A stretch of 64,000 nt of DNA from Schlesneria sp. (GCA_043749505.1 JAYVDI010000084.1:7339-71338), one strand, 5' to 3'. Shown: positions 7,701-16,910, counted from the stretch's first letter. Numbers and translations are program-made. The notes: generated by a model from the letters alone, not told the origin.

Positions 7701-9370
7701 GACAGGAGGCGAGATGAACCATCGGCCCCATTCGTGGGATTCGATGGCGGTTGTGAGTCGCTCGACACGCGCGCTTCCTGTCGCGGAGCGACAGGGCTAC
7801 CTTGGACGACGATCCCGCGCGGGCTGTCGATGTTGGCGAAGGTCTTGAACTCGTCGGCCTTGCCGTCGCCATTTGTATCGCGGCAGCGGACGATCTTGCC
7901 GCGACCTTCCTTGCGGTCAAGCGACCCGTTCTCGTCGATGCCGACGTAGACCGTGCCATCGGGTGACGTGGCCAAACACGTCGGATAGTTCACGTCAGGG
8001 GGAGCGGCAAACAACGTGACTTCAAAGCCGGGCGGAGCCTTGATCCCGCTGAGCAGTCCCGTCCCTTTAATGCTGCGCGGCTTAAGATCGCCACCACCCG
8101 AGACCGTTCGTTCCTCGAACTTCGTCCCGAAGACCTCGAACTCAAAGAAGCTGCCCCAACGTCCGGGAGTCAGACTCGTCGTTGTGAGCCGCACGAACCG
8201 CACGTCTTTCGCGGCGAACTTCAGTGTCTGTGTTTGCTCGCGCGCATCACTCTTCTTCTGGTCCGAGAGCATCCACCATTGTTGACCATCGCCCGAACCT
8301 TCGACCTTGTAGCGGTAGTTCGTGTCGTCCGCTTCCCACAGCACTTGGACGCCCGTCACTTCCTGAGCCTGTTCCAGATCGACCTGCCACCAATAACCGG
8401 CCTCAGCGTTTGGCGAACACCAGCGTGTTTCTTCCTTCCCGTCGAGGGCGTGTTCTGGCGGATGACCGTCTTGCGACGCCGAAGCCGTTGCCTTTTTCCC
8501 TTTCGCCAAGTTGACTGGCACCAGTTCTTTCTTGGTGACGGCGAATGGCTGATGGTAATCGGGTGAAGTCTTGTCGCACGACCAGAGCAACGCGCGACAG
8601 AGCATGTCGAGATACCGGGCATCTCCGACCGTTTCATTGTTGTGGCCAAGCGTCGTGCTGAAGACACGCGTTTTCTTCGGCCCGTACTCGTTCACCCACG
8701 CAACGATGAAGTTTTCGACCTTGTTGCCCGTGTCCTGAGTCCCCCGCGCGATCGGCTTCGCGGTGTCGAACAGCTTCAGGTTGTTGTAAAGCTCCTCATT
8801 GATGGTCGTCCAATTCTCCAACCGCTTCGCGAACAAGCCGCCCGCGCCGCCGAAGCCCTTCACCACCGGATGCTCGGGAGCGACGAACGCGATGTCGATC
8901 GGCTTCTGCGGCCCGTGACTCGAAGACTGCATGCCAAGAAATTGGAACCAATCGTCCGTCCCCGTCCGATAGCTGTGCATCGCGCAGTGCAGGTTGATCG
9001 CCGGGATACCGCTCTTGTGCGCGTTCAGAATGTTCTGCACATACGGCTGCTCCTTCACATCGGCCGAGCATTCGTCGTGAATGACAACGTCATAGCCCTT
9101 TGCCCAGTCGGGGTTGTCGTAGATGTCGAACCGCGCCTTAATGCTCTTGTCGGGCGAGTAGACGATCGTGACCTCGGCCATCACGCGGGACTCGATCCCC
9201 TTCTTGAGGATGTCCTTCTGCTTGGCATAGTCGTGGCAGCAGCCACCCAGAATCAGCAGTGCCTTCAGCGGCTTGGGCTTCGTGATGGCAGCATCCTGCG
9301 CCGGAAGTTCAGCAGTTCGCGTGACCACAGAGGCGAGAAGCAAGAGCGAGAAGCGAATCAATCGGCGCAT
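4754..9370 (-). CDS. Giant secreted multidomain protein: ThuA-like, F5/8 type C (discoidin), dehydrogenase-like beta-propeller, HEAT repeats, and a C-terminal PVC-type cytochrome c (CxxCH) domain
   Basis: 1538 aa, ATG at 9370, signal peptide. ThuA-like LILGGCCHDY...HDEC. Discoidin-like ALDGKEETRWCSP..WWQVDL. Propeller motifs DTNGDGKADE and DDNGDGVSD. HEAT-like helical repeats. C-terminal GCSACHTV heme site. It contains two in-frame 126-nt palindromic inserts. Confidence 0.9.
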   Translation of the reverse strand: MRRLIRFSLLLLASVVTRTAELPAQDAAITKPKPLKALLILGGCCHDYAKQKDILKKGIESRVMAEVTIVYSPDKSIKARFDIYDNPDWAKGYDVVIHDECSADVKEQPYVQNILNAHKSGIPAINLHCAMHSYRTGTDDWFQFLGMQSSSHGPQKPIDIAFVAPEHPVVKGFGGAGGLFAKRLENWTTINEELYNNLKLFDTAKPIARGTQDTGNKVENFIVAWVNEYGPKKTRVFSTTLGHNNETVGDARYLDMLCRALLWSCDKTSPDYHQPFAVTKKELVPVNLAKGKKATASASQDGHPPEHALDGKEETRWCSPNAEAGYWWQVDLEQAQEVTGVQVLWEADDTNYRYKVEGSGDGQQWWMLSDQKKSDAREQTQTLKFAAKDVRFVRLTTTSLTPGRWGSFFEFEVFGTKFEERTVSGGGDLKPRSIKGTGLLSGIKAPPGFEVTLFAAPPDVNYPTCLATSPDGTVYVGIDENGSLDRKEGRGKIVRCRDTNGDGKADEFKTFANIDSPRGIVVQGSPVAPRQEARVSSDSQPPSNPTNGADGSSRLLSRSDRATLKTSLIVLAPPNLVALHDDNGDGVSDRSETLVKGIGFDLKFRGADHTTNGIQVGIDGWIYVAVGDYGFIKATGSDGKELAYRGGGIVRCRPDGSELQVVSRGQRNIYDVAISPELDLFTRDNTNDGGGWNVRLSHVPHGGQMGYPSLFINFPDEIIPPMADYGGGSPCGSLFIDEPTLPEGLGQSLYTCDWGCSIVYRHPLTKNGAGFTAEQEPFVELPRPTDMDIDASGNIYISSWRDGGFNFSKPEVGYVVMVRPVAQGSPVAPRQEARSSSDSKSKTDSANEAAGSSRLLSRSDRAALGETSRLLRQLASPSHTIRLTAQREILVRGESPELVNGIEQLAASDAMLPVRIAAIFTLKQLLGEKSHMVLAKLATDASIREHTLRAMADRTTQLANTSSQPFVEALSDVNARVRLQAVRGLSRFGKVSREVQEKMLPLAVDRDPIVAHVAIDSLVELKAGEVCLASLNSNSTEQRMLEQRIGAAAVLRRLHDPVVVAGLIEWLDRPIVAQPTGQPITYATTRQLILATLCRLHDREGEYTGDWWSTRPDTSGPYYKPVAWSETDRITKALQTELATGDSRTVKRLLVELRRHKIELSGTTERIVALAHADKTFFAQGVELLAPGSSPMSGDAARLLEVAATFDKSQTELRVKALRGLGRRTNQPEVLEIALRAFAEVDANEPNGEVVAAWNGFVREPVFAKHIAKLGEMIESPSVLVAAGGESLVREYFYAILVQVADNPRGEKAERDAALKLVERAWSQPELAVSLLRAIGRSDAESQSLQVVNLTKSENAGIRAAAKWAAAKLELDKEPPVDPNKPLLAKLSLPEAIAQTASIKGDDKYGKKLFARQGCSACHTVSQNEPLKGPLLLDIAKRYKREELIESILKPSAKIAQGFESQFFVTDAGKVHDGFVVRESGDEIELRNVAGLATILKKSEIDERGKRDVSIMPFGLTDKLNVEQLAALLAYLESLKGK
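6779..6904. mobile_element. 126-nt MITE/REP-like palindromic element (family B), in frame inside the giant CDS
   Basis: Terminal inverted repeats are CAAGG(C/T)AGCCCTGTCGCTCCGCGACAGGAGGCG and CGCTTCCTGTCGCGGAGCGACAGGGCTACCTTG. Each arm is itself a hairpin (CCTGTCG-5 nt-CGACAGG). The centre is variable. The element is 42 codons. Confidence 0.85.
7679..7804. mobile_element. Second copy of the 126-nt family B element, in frame inside the giant CDS
   Basis: It has the same arms, orientation and reading frame as the copy at 6779-6904, exactly 900 nt away. It is translated as QGSPVAPRQEAR...GSSRLLSRSDRA.L. Confidence 0.85.
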
Positions 9371-9455
9371 CGAACGCTGGTCCTTGGAATCGTTTGAAAG
9401 TGATCATGGAGGATGGGCACTCCGACCCGTCCGTCCTACGTGTTCTGATTTGGTT

Positions 9456-9498
9456 CCCCCCTCGCCCTCTCCCCGCAGAGCCGGGACGAGGGGACAAG
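9456..9498. repeat. Family A palindromic element, short copy, intergenic
   Basis: CCCCCCTCGCCCTCTCCCCGCAGAGCCGGGACGAGGGGACAAG lies between the giant gene start and the NYN gene end. Confidence 0.75.
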
Positions 9499-9532
9499 AA
9501 CGGGGTTCCATAGAGTTCACCAACGGACAGCA

Positions 9533-10393
9533 TCACGCTTCGTCGGCGCGGCCCTTCGGCTTGGCGACCTTTTTCGACTGGATCGGCCTCAGATACTTTT
9601 GGGCCTGTCCCGACTTGGTCGCTCGTGATTGAGTCTCGAAGACTTCCGTCGCGGCCAGCAATTGGCTGAGCTTCGAGTACCCGTAGTTGCGCGGGTCGAA
9701 ATCGGGAGCCTGGTTGGCGATGTAGCTGCCGATCCGCCCGACATAGCACCAACCGTCTTCGTCGGCGGACGACATCACCGCCGCGCGCAGCAGCTTGCCG
9801 AGGGTCGAGTCGCTCCGCAGTTCCTTGCCACTCTTCCGTGAGACAGTCGGGGCGTTCGCGGTCTCGGTTGAGTCGTCAGCCGTGACGAGGATCTCGGTGT
9901 AGACGAACTTATCGCACGCACCGACGAACGCGCGCGGCGTCTTCTTCTCACCGAAGCCCATCACCGTCATCCCTGACTCACGCAGCCGCGTCGCCAGCCG
10001 TGTGAAGTCGCTGTCGCTGGAAACCAGACAGAACCCATTAAGTCTTCCCGCATACAGCAGGTCCATCGCGTCGATGATGAGGGCCGCGTCGGTCGAGTTC
10101 TTGCCGCTGGTGTACCCGAACTGTTGGACCGGTTGAATCGCGTGCTCGTTCAGCATGTTCTTCCAACTGTTGAGCCGCGATGTGGTCCAATCGCCGTAGG
10201 CTCGCTTGATGCTGGCGATGCCGTACTTCGCGATTTCGCCGAGCAGCGTGACGATGGCAGAAGCCTGCGCGTTGTCGGCGTCAATGAGCACGGCAAAGCG
10301 GGGTTGATCGGAGTGGGGAGTCACGGGGGAAGACCTCGTCAAGAGAAGTGAGGAGCGAGCAATGGGAGACGCCCAGCATCGTCCTGTCCTCAC
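9533..10393 (-). CDS. NYN (LabA-like) domain protein with a C-terminal OST-HTH/LOTUS-like domain
   Basis: FAVLIDADN...GKNSTDAALIIDAMDLLY...FCLVSSDSDFTRLATRLRESG is a typical NYN core. The C-terminal ~70 aa are LOTUS-like (WCYVGRIGSYI...YGYSKLSQLL). The track start is a GTG at 10393. A GTG at 10324 (VTPHSDQPRFAV) is an equally plausible start. Confidence 0.75.
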   Translation of the reverse strand: MRTGRCWASPIARSSLLLTRSSPVTPHSDQPRFAVLIDADNAQASAIVTLLGEIAKYGIASIKRAYGDWTTSRLNSWKNMLNEHAIQPVQQFGYTSGKNSTDAALIIDAMDLLYAGRLNGFCLVSSDSDFTRLATRLRESGMTVMGFGEKKTPRAFVGACDKFVYTEILVTADDSTETANAPTVSRKSGKELRSDSTLGKLLRAAVMSSADEDGWCYVGRIGSYIANQAPDFDPRNYGYSKLSQLLAATEVFETQSRATKSGQAQKYLRPIQSKKVAKPKGRADEA

Positions 10394-10402
10394 GCCGACT
10401 AT

Positions 10403-10756
10403 TCAAGAGACGGCAGCCACAGCCACAGCCCGCCGCGCCCAGCGAACGAGTTCCTCGTCGCTCTCAAACACCTCACGAGGGACTTCGTAGTACGACTTCA
10501 TCACCTTGCCGGGCGACGGCGAAAACGGCTCGGCACCCCGCACGATGTATTCACCACGCGAGTCTTCATTGACCTTGAAAAAGAGCCGCTCATAGGCGAT
10601 CAGCCCGAAGAACGTCGCTCCACAATAGAGGCCGTGCCCACCAAACATCGCCCGTGATCGAACCTCACCCAATCCAGCCAGCAGCGAGACAACCTCCGCT
10701 GCGAACTTGCGAGGAACGGCTTTCTTCTTACCGGTCGCGGGCTTCTTCTTCGCCAT
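10403..10756 (-). CDS. TfoX/Sxy N-terminal domain family protein
   Basis: 117 aa. RSRAMFGGHGLYCGATFFGLI...LFFKV is TfoX_N-like. The ATG is 9 nt downstream of the lpdA stop. Confidence 0.7.
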   Translation of the reverse strand: MAKKKPATGKKKAVPRKFAAEVVSLLAGLGEVRSRAMFGGHGLYCGATFFGLIAYERLFFKVNEDSRGEYIVRGAEPFSPSPGKVMKSYYEVPREVFESDEELVRWARRAVAVAAVS

Positions 10757-10765
10757 CTTTCAGTC

Positions 10766-12184
10766 TCACCCCCGCTTCGGCCGGTACGAATGGGTGGCCT
10801 GACCGAAGACACTCTCGGCGGCTTCCATCAGGGTTTCGCTGAGAGTGGGATGCGCGTGGATCGTCTCCGCAAGATCGCGGGCCACGGCGGCGGTTTCCAC
10901 GGCGAGGGTTGCTTCGGCGATCATCTCACCAGCGTTGACTCCGACGAGGCCGACGCCGAGAACTCGTTCGGTCTGTGGGTCGATGATCAGCTTGGTCAGT
11001 CCTTCATTGCGTGAGAGCGTTGTCGCGCGGCCCGATGCGGCCCATGGGAACTTCACCACTTTGACTTCGATGTTGCGGGCGGCGGCTTCATGCTCCATCA
11101 GACCGCACCACGCGATCTCGGGATCGGTGAAGACGACGGCGGGGATCGCGATGTTGTCGAACTCGGCCTTACCGCCGTTCATGGCTTCCACCGCGATCTT
11201 CGCTTCGCGCGTCGCCTTGTGAGCGAGCATCGGTTCGCCCGCGATGTCGCCGATTGCGAAGATGTGCGGCACGCTCGAACGGAGTTGTCGATCGACCTTG
11301 ATGAAGCCCTTCTCGTCCACCGCGACACCGGTCGCTTCCAAGCCGAAGCCCTTGCTGTTCGGACGGCGACCGATGGAGATCAGTACTCGGTCGAACGTCA
11401 TCTTCGGCGCGACGCCCTCGCCCGCCAGAGTCGCTTCGATCCCGGCCTTCGTCGCCTTCAGAGCTTCAACCTTCGTGTTGAGATGCAGCGCGGCGAACTG
11501 TTTTTCGAGCCGCTTCTGAAGCGGACGAACCAGATCGCGATCGGCTCCGGGAAGCAGGCCGCTCGTTAATTCCACGACCGTCACCTTCGAGCCGAGCGCC
11601 GCGTAAACCGTTCCCATTTCGAGGCCGATGTATCCACCACCAACCACGAGCAGCGAGCCTGGAATGTCAGCCAGTTCGAGTGCGCCGGTCGAGTCCATCA
11701 CGCGCGGATCGCCAAGCTGAAACATCGGCGGCACGGCGGGAGACGAACCCGTCGCGATGATCGCCTTCTCGAACGACACTCGTTCGGTTTTGCCATCGGG
11801 ATGCTTCAACTCGATGGTGTTCGCGTCGAGAAACGTCCCTCGCGCCGCGACGAGCTTCACGCCGCGAACCTTGCTCAGTTCAGTGATGCCTCCAGACAGC
11901 TTGGTGATCACACCGTTCTTGAAGTCGCGCAGCTTGGCGAGATCAATCTTGGGCGCGTTGAACGTCAGCCCCCACTCAGCCGCCTCATGCGATTCATTGA
12001 TGAGCTTCGCGATGTGCAGCAACGCCTTCGACGGGATGCAGCCCCGGTTCAGACAGACACCACCGGGCCGAGCGCCCTCGTCCACCAGCAACACCTTCAT
12101 CCCATGATCCGCCGCCTCAAATGCCGCCGGATATCCACCGGGACCACCACCAAGCACGAGAAGTTCCGTCTGCGAGTCTGCCAT
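10766..12184 (-). CDS. lpdA: Dihydrolipoyl dehydrogenase (E3)
   Basis: GGGPGGY FAD motif, redox-active [13 protein letters not shown] motif [11 protein letters not shown]-terminal HAHPTLSE. I prefer the ATG at 12184 ([12 protein letters not shown]) over the TTG at 12199 used by the track. Confidence 0.9.
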   Translation of the reverse strand: MADSQTELLVLGGGPGGYPAAFEAADHGMKVLLVDEGARPGGVCLNRGCIPSKALLHIAKLINESHEAAEWGLTFNAPKIDLAKLRDFKNGVITKLSGGITELSKVRGVKLVAARGTFLDANTIELKHPDGKTERVSFEKAIIATGSSPAVPPMFQLGDPRVMDSTGALELADIPGSLLVVGGGYIGLEMGTVYAALGSKVTVVELTSGLLPGADRDLVRPLQKRLEKQFAALHLNTKVEALKATKAGIEATLAGEGVAPKMTFDRVLISIGRRPNSKGFGLEATGVAVDEKGFIKVDRQLRSSVPHIFAIGDIAGEPMLAHKATREAKIAVEAMNGGKAEFDNIAIPAVVFTDPEIAWCGLMEHEAAARNIEVKVVKFPWAASGRATTLSRNEGLTKLIIDPQTERVLGVGLVGVNAGEMIAEATLAVETAAVARDLAETIHAHPTLSETLMEAAESVFGQATHSYRPKRG

Positions 12185-12352
12185 GTGTTTCGATCTCAAA
12201 TTTCAAAAGTCATCGTGGATCAGCCGAGAACAAAATCAGCCCGACATGCGAGCCAAGGCCACTGCATGTCGGGCCGATAGTCTAGTCAGGTCGTTGTCGA
12301 ATTTCCTCGCCACCAAATCCATGTTGGCTTGTTCAGGCTTCGCAATCGCATC

Positions 12353-13624
12353 TCACGCGATCAACAGGCTGAACGCACTGCTCAGCATGTTGCACAGTTT
12401 GACGGTGAAGCGGGCGGCGTCGGCTCCGTTGACGACGCGGTGGTCGTAGGAGAGGGAGAGCGGGAGCATCAGACGTTCGGCGACTTTGCCGTCCACCAGT
12501 TGAAGCTGCTTCAGGCTGCGGGACATGCCGAGGATCGCCACTTCGGGATAGTTGACGATCGGCGTGAACGATGTCCCGCCGATGCCGCCGAGATTGGTGA
12601 TCGTGAACGTGCCCCCCTGCATGTCGGGCAGTTGCAGCTTGCGGTCGCGGGCTTTGGTGGCCAGATCGGTCAACTCGGCCGCCAGTTCGAGGATCGACTT
12701 TTGATCAACATTCTTCACGACGGGAACGACCAGTCCGTTCGGCGTATCGACCGCGATGCCGATGTTGTAGTACTTCTTCTGCACGATCTCGCCCTTGGCC
12801 GAGTCGAAGCTGGAGTTGAAGTTCGGGAACTCTTTCAGACAGGCCACGACTGCCTTCATCGCCAGCACGGTCATCGTCACCTTGGGTGAGCCTTTGGCCG
12901 CGTTCTCCACAAAGCGTTTGCGCAGAGCTTCGGTTTCGGTGATGTCTGACAAATCGTGCTGCGTCACGTGCGGAATGATCTGCCACGCGAAGCTGAGGTT
13001 GTTCGCCGATGTCTTCTGGAGTTTGCTGAACGCGACTCGTTCGACATCGCCGTATTTCGAGAAGTCGGGCAGAGGCGGTTCGACCACGCGACCGCCGCCG
13101 CCACTGGAACCCGCCGCCGCACGGGCCACGTCTTCGAGCGTAATCCGGCCACCGGAGCCGCTGCCGCTGATGCTTCCCAAGTTCAGACCGAGTTCGCGAG
13201 CGAGGCGTCTCGTGGCGGGACCGGCTGGTAACGGGAGGTCACGATCCGATGAAGCGGGCAGCGGAGCCTTGGCCAATGCGACGGCTGATGTCGCGATGAC
13301 GGGAGCCACTGTCTTCGCGGGTGTACTCGCCACCGCCGCTATCGCCGTGGACTTCACGCCACCGTTCATGCTCGGTGCGCCTGTCGCAGCAGGGTCAAGC
13401 ATCAACACGGCTTGCCCCGGTGTGATTGTCTGGCCCTTTTTGACGAGGATCTCCGTCACCTTGCCCGCCTTGTCGCACGGCAGGGGCAGGACCGCCTTGT
13501 CGGTTTCGATTTCCATGATGATGTGACCCGCCTGGATCACGTCGCCAACGGCCACCATGATCGCGGCCACATCACCGTTCTTCACACCATCACCGAGGTT
13601 GTCTGCTTTGAATTCGATGCTCAT
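12353..13624 (-). CDS. aceF: Pyruvate dehydrogenase E2, dihydrolipoamide acetyltransferase
   Basis: N-terminal lipoyl domain (IETDKAV), E3-binding domain (ATRRLARELGLNL), catalytic domain with LSLSYDHRVVNGADAARF. Confidence 0.9.
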   Translation of the reverse strand: MSIEFKADNLGDGVKNGDVAAIMVAVGDVIQAGHIIMEIETDKAVLPLPCDKAGKVTEILVKKGQTITPGQAVLMLDPAATGAPSMNGGVKSTAIAAVASTPAKTVAPVIATSAVALAKAPLPASSDRDLPLPAGPATRRLARELGLNLGSISGSGSGGRITLEDVARAAAGSSGGGGRVVEPPLPDFSKYGDVERVAFSKLQKTSANNLSFAWQIIPHVTQHDLSDITETEALRKRFVENAAKGSPKVTMTVLAMKAVVACLKEFPNFNSSFDSAKGEIVQKKYYNIGIAVDTPNGLVVPVVKNVDQKSILELAAELTDLATKARDRKLQLPDMQGGTFTITNLGGIGGTSFTPIVNYPEVAILGMSRSLKQLQLVDGKVAERLMLPLSLSYDHRVVNGADAARFTVKLCNMLSSAFSLLIA

Positions 13625-13692
13625 GTTTTCCGAACTCTCTCAAGTAGGGCGGGCACGGCCCACCGATTCGTCTTCGAGTTGATGTTTGGTCT

Positions 13693-13775
13693 CGTTTAAC
13701 CGCGTGGGCAACGCCCCGCGCGTTGATGGCGAGTCCCGCGTCGAACACGCGGGGCGTTGCCCACGCGGTTAAACG
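13693..13775. repeat. Perfect 28-bp inverted repeat, family C (CGTTTAACCGCGTGGGCAACGCCCCGCG), aceE-aceF intercistronic
   Basis: Arms 13693-13720 and 13748-13775 with a 27-nt spacer. A second copy lies at 55100-55191. Confidence 0.9.
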
Positions 13776-13796
13776 AAGAATTTGCCGTTGGCGGTC

Positions 13797-16550
13797 TCAC
13801 GCGAAAGCCGGGTCCACCTTCTCGGAGTCGATCCCCAAGTCTTTCAGTGCCTGCGGAAGTTTCTTCGCATCGAATTGGCCATCCTTGGCGAGGGCGACGA
13901 GCGTGGTGTAGGCCACGCATTCGGCGTCGATTTCAAAGTGACGCCGCAGTGCTTCACGAGTCTCACTCCGCCCGAAGCCGTCCGTCCCGCAGACGACATA
14001 CTGGCCGGAGATGTACGGGCGAATTTGCTCGGCGACGAGTTGCACGTTGTCGCTCGACGAGATGAACGGTCCCTTGAGGCCACTCAGCGTCTGTTCGATG
14101 AAACTGACCTTCGGTTTCTGATCGGGATGCAACCGGTTCCAGCGAGCCGTTGATTGAGCATCGCGTTTCAGTTCGTTGTAGCTCGTCACCGACCAGACAT
14201 CGGATTCGACACCGAATTTTTCGGCGAGCAACGTTTGGGCGCGGTTGACTTCGTTCAGGATCGGGCCGCTGCCAAGGAGTTGTGCTCGGGTGGCTCGCTT
14301 CTTCGCCGGAACGGCCGGGTCGAGCGGATAGAGTCCCTTGATGATCCCCTCTTCGACACCAGCAGGCATCGTGGGCATCATGTAGTTCTCGTTGTAGACG
14401 GAGAGATAGTAGAAGACATCTTCACCCTCGGCATACATCCGCCGCAGTCCGTCCTGCACGATGACGCACAACTCGTAACCGTAAGCGGGATCGTAAGCGA
14501 TCAGATTTGGCACCGTTCCCGCCATCAACTGGCTGTGACCGTCTTCGTGCTGAAGCCCTTCACCGTTGAGCGTTGTTCGGCCGGAGGTTCCTCCGCAGAG
14601 AAAGCCTTTGCAGCGCGAGTCGCCTGCCAACCAGATCAGGTCGCCGACACGTTGGAACCCAAACATCGAGTAGTAGATGTAGAACGGAATCATGTTCAGA
14701 CCGACGTTGGCGTAGGCCGTCCCCGCAGCGACGAACGAAGCCATCGCCCCCGCTTCGTTGATCCCTTCCATCAGGATTTGACCGGTCTTCTCTTCCTTGT
14801 ACGCCTTCGCCGTCCCCGCATCGACCGGTGTGTAGAGTTGGCCTTTGCTGGAGTAGATGCCGAACTGAGAGAAGAGGGCTTCCATCCCGAAGGTCTGTGC
14901 CTCATCGGGGATGATTGGGACGATTCGCTGGCCGACGTTGGCGTCTCGAATGAGAGCCTTGATCGTTTCGGAGAGGACTGTCGTCGTGGACCGGGCACGT
15001 GACGATGTGGCCGCCTCTTCGATCAAATGAGCGGCCGACGGAATCGTGAGCCGTTCCGTCGTGGGAACACGGACTGGCAGATAGCCGCCGAGCTTTTGGC
15101 GTTGCTCGTGCAGATACTTCATTTCCGGGCTGTCGGCGGCGGGCTTGTAGAACTCGGCGGCCTTCGCCTGTTCGTCGGTGATCGGAAGATCGAACGAGTT
15201 GCGGAAGTGGAGCAGCGCGGCGTCCTTCATCTCCTTCGATTGATGCGCCGTGTTTCGCCCCTCACCCGCTTCGCCCATTCCGAAGCCTTTGACGGTGTGA
15301 GCCAACACGACCGTCGGTGCACCCTTGTGAGTCACGGCGGCGTTGAACGCGGCATAGACCTTGATCGGATCGTGCCCACCGCGACGGAGCTTTTGCAGTT
15401 GGTCATCACTCAGGTGTTCAACTAACTTCAGCAGATCAGGGTGACGGCCGAAGAAGTCGTTGCGAATGTATCCGCCTGTTTCGACGCTGTACTTCTGGAA
15501 CTGGCCATCAACGACTTCACCAAGCGTCTTCACGAGGATGCCGGTGTCGTCCGCTTCGAGCAGCGGATCCCAGTCACTAGCCCAGATGATCTTGATCACG
15601 TTCCAACCGGCTCCGCGGAAGATCCCCTCCAGCTCGGGAATGATTTTGCCGTTGCCCCGCACCGGCCCGTCGAGCCGTTGCAGATTGCAGTTCACGACCC
15701 AAGTGATGTTGTCCAATTTCTCACGCGACGCCATCGAGATCGGCCCGAGGGACTCCGGCTCGTCGATCTCGCCATCACCGAGGAACGCCCAGACGCGCGA
15801 CTTGGAGGTGTCAAGTAAACCGCGATGTTCAAGGTAGCGCAGGAACCGCGCGTGATAGATCGAACAGATCGGGCCGAGGCCCATCGACACGGTCGGGAAC
15901 TGCCAGAAGTCGGGCATCAGCCACGGATGCGGGTACGACGAAAGGCCCGTCCCGCGAGGCAATTCACGGCGGAACTTGATCAGGTTCTCTTCCGTCAACC
16001 GGCCCTCAACGAACGCACGCGAATACATCCCCGGTGACGAGTGGCCTTGGAAATAGATCATGTCGCCAGTGTGATCGGCCGTCCGCGCGTGGAAGAAGTG
16101 GTTGAACCCCATCTCCACCAATGTGGCCGATGACGCGAACGTCGCGATGTGTCCACCGACGCCCGATCCGGTCGTGTAGGCCCGCGCCACCATTGCCATC
16201 GCGTTCCAACGAATGATGCTGCGGAGCTTTCTTTCGACAGCTCGGTCACCAGGAAAGAGCGGCTCGGCTTCGACGGGAATCGTGTTCACGTATGGAGTCG
16301 TGATCGCGGGGACGACCGGCACCGATTGAGCCTGCGCCCGAGAATAGAGCTGTGCAAGAAGCTGGCTGAGCGCCGCCGGGCCATGTCGATGGAGAATGTC
16401 ATCCACCGATTCCAGCCATTCCTCCATCTCGGTCGAATCGACGAGTACGGCCGGAACGTCAGAGACTTCGTCAGCGGGAGCGACTTCGACGGCGACCGGA
16501 TTTCGGTCGGCCTTGCGAGCCGCAGGAGGTGCTGCAAGTACGGAGGCCAT
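13797..16550 (-). CDS. aceE: Pyruvate dehydrogenase E1 component, homodimeric type
   Basis: About 917 aa and AceE-like throughout (GGHIATFASSATL, GDGEIDEPES, transketolase-like C-terminus). The track start is a GTG at 16580. The ATG at 16550 (MASVLAAPP) has better context. Confidence 0.9.
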   Translation of the reverse strand: MASVLAAPPAARKADRNPVAVEVAPADEVSDVPAVLVDSTEMEEWLESVDDILHRHGPAALSQLLAQLYSRAQAQSVPVVPAITTPYVNTIPVEAEPLFPGDRAVERKLRSIIRWNAMAMVARAYTTGSGVGGHIATFASSATLVEMGFNHFFHARTADHTGDMIYFQGHSSPGMYSRAFVEGRLTEENLIKFRRELPRGTGLSSYPHPWLMPDFWQFPTVSMGLGPICSIYHARFLRYLEHRGLLDTSKSRVWAFLGDGEIDEPESLGPISMASREKLDNITWVVNCNLQRLDGPVRGNGKIIPELEGIFRGAGWNVIKIIWASDWDPLLEADDTGILVKTLGEVVDGQFQKYSVETGGYIRNDFFGRHPDLLKLVEHLSDDQLQKLRRGGHDPIKVYAAFNAAVTHKGAPTVVLAHTVKGFGMGEAGEGRNTAHQSKEMKDAALLHFRNSFDLPITDEQAKAAEFYKPAADSPEMKYLHEQRQKLGGYLPVRVPTTERLTIPSAAHLIEEAATSSRARSTTTVLSETIKALIRDANVGQRIVPIIPDEAQTFGMEALFSQFGIYSSKGQLYTPVDAGTAKAYKEEKTGQILMEGINEAGAMASFVAAGTAYANVGLNMIPFYIYYSMFGFQRVGDLIWLAGDSRCKGFLCGGTSGRTTLNGEGLQHEDGHSQLMAGTVPNLIAYDPAYGYELCVIVQDGLRRMYAEGEDVFYYLSVYNENYMMPTMPAGVEEGIIKGLYPLDPAVPAKKRATRAQLLGSGPILNEVNRAQTLLAEKFGVESDVWSVTSYNELKRDAQSTARWNRLHPDQKPKVSFIEQTLSGLKGPFISSSDNVQLVAEQIRPYISGQYVVCGTDGFGRSETREALRRHFEIDAECVAYTTLVALAKDGQFDAKKLPQALKDLGIDSEKVDPAFA

Positions 16551-16865
16551 GTGCAGGAAACCTTCTGTCACGGAGGGCACGATGAACGATAAGGAGACTC
16601 ACCCCAAAAGAGAGGCGAGTTGAGAGAGACTTGGGAGACAAAGCCATCCCAAACTTGGGCGGCATGGTAGCAGGCAATTGTCGCCCTGCACAGACTGCGC
16701 CAGCACCCACGATCGCGCCTGAAGAGTATGCTGCCGTGTGTTGTCATCGCCAAATCCGATGGCAAATTGAGCGATGGCTCGCCACGGTTGCTGTCGGATT
16801 GCGATCTACTGGGGCATCGCATCTCGGCGAGCATTTTTGCCACCAAGTGACAGGCAATCTCGCCT

Positions 16866-16910
16866 TAGAAAACAGAAGAACCACCGACGTTTGGCGCCGG
16901 TGGTTCTTCT
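16866..16910 (-). terminator. Rho-independent terminator downstream of tRNA-Asp
   Basis: A 13-bp stem (16874-16886 with 16898-16910) is followed on the minus strand by GTTTTCT. Confidence 0.55.
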
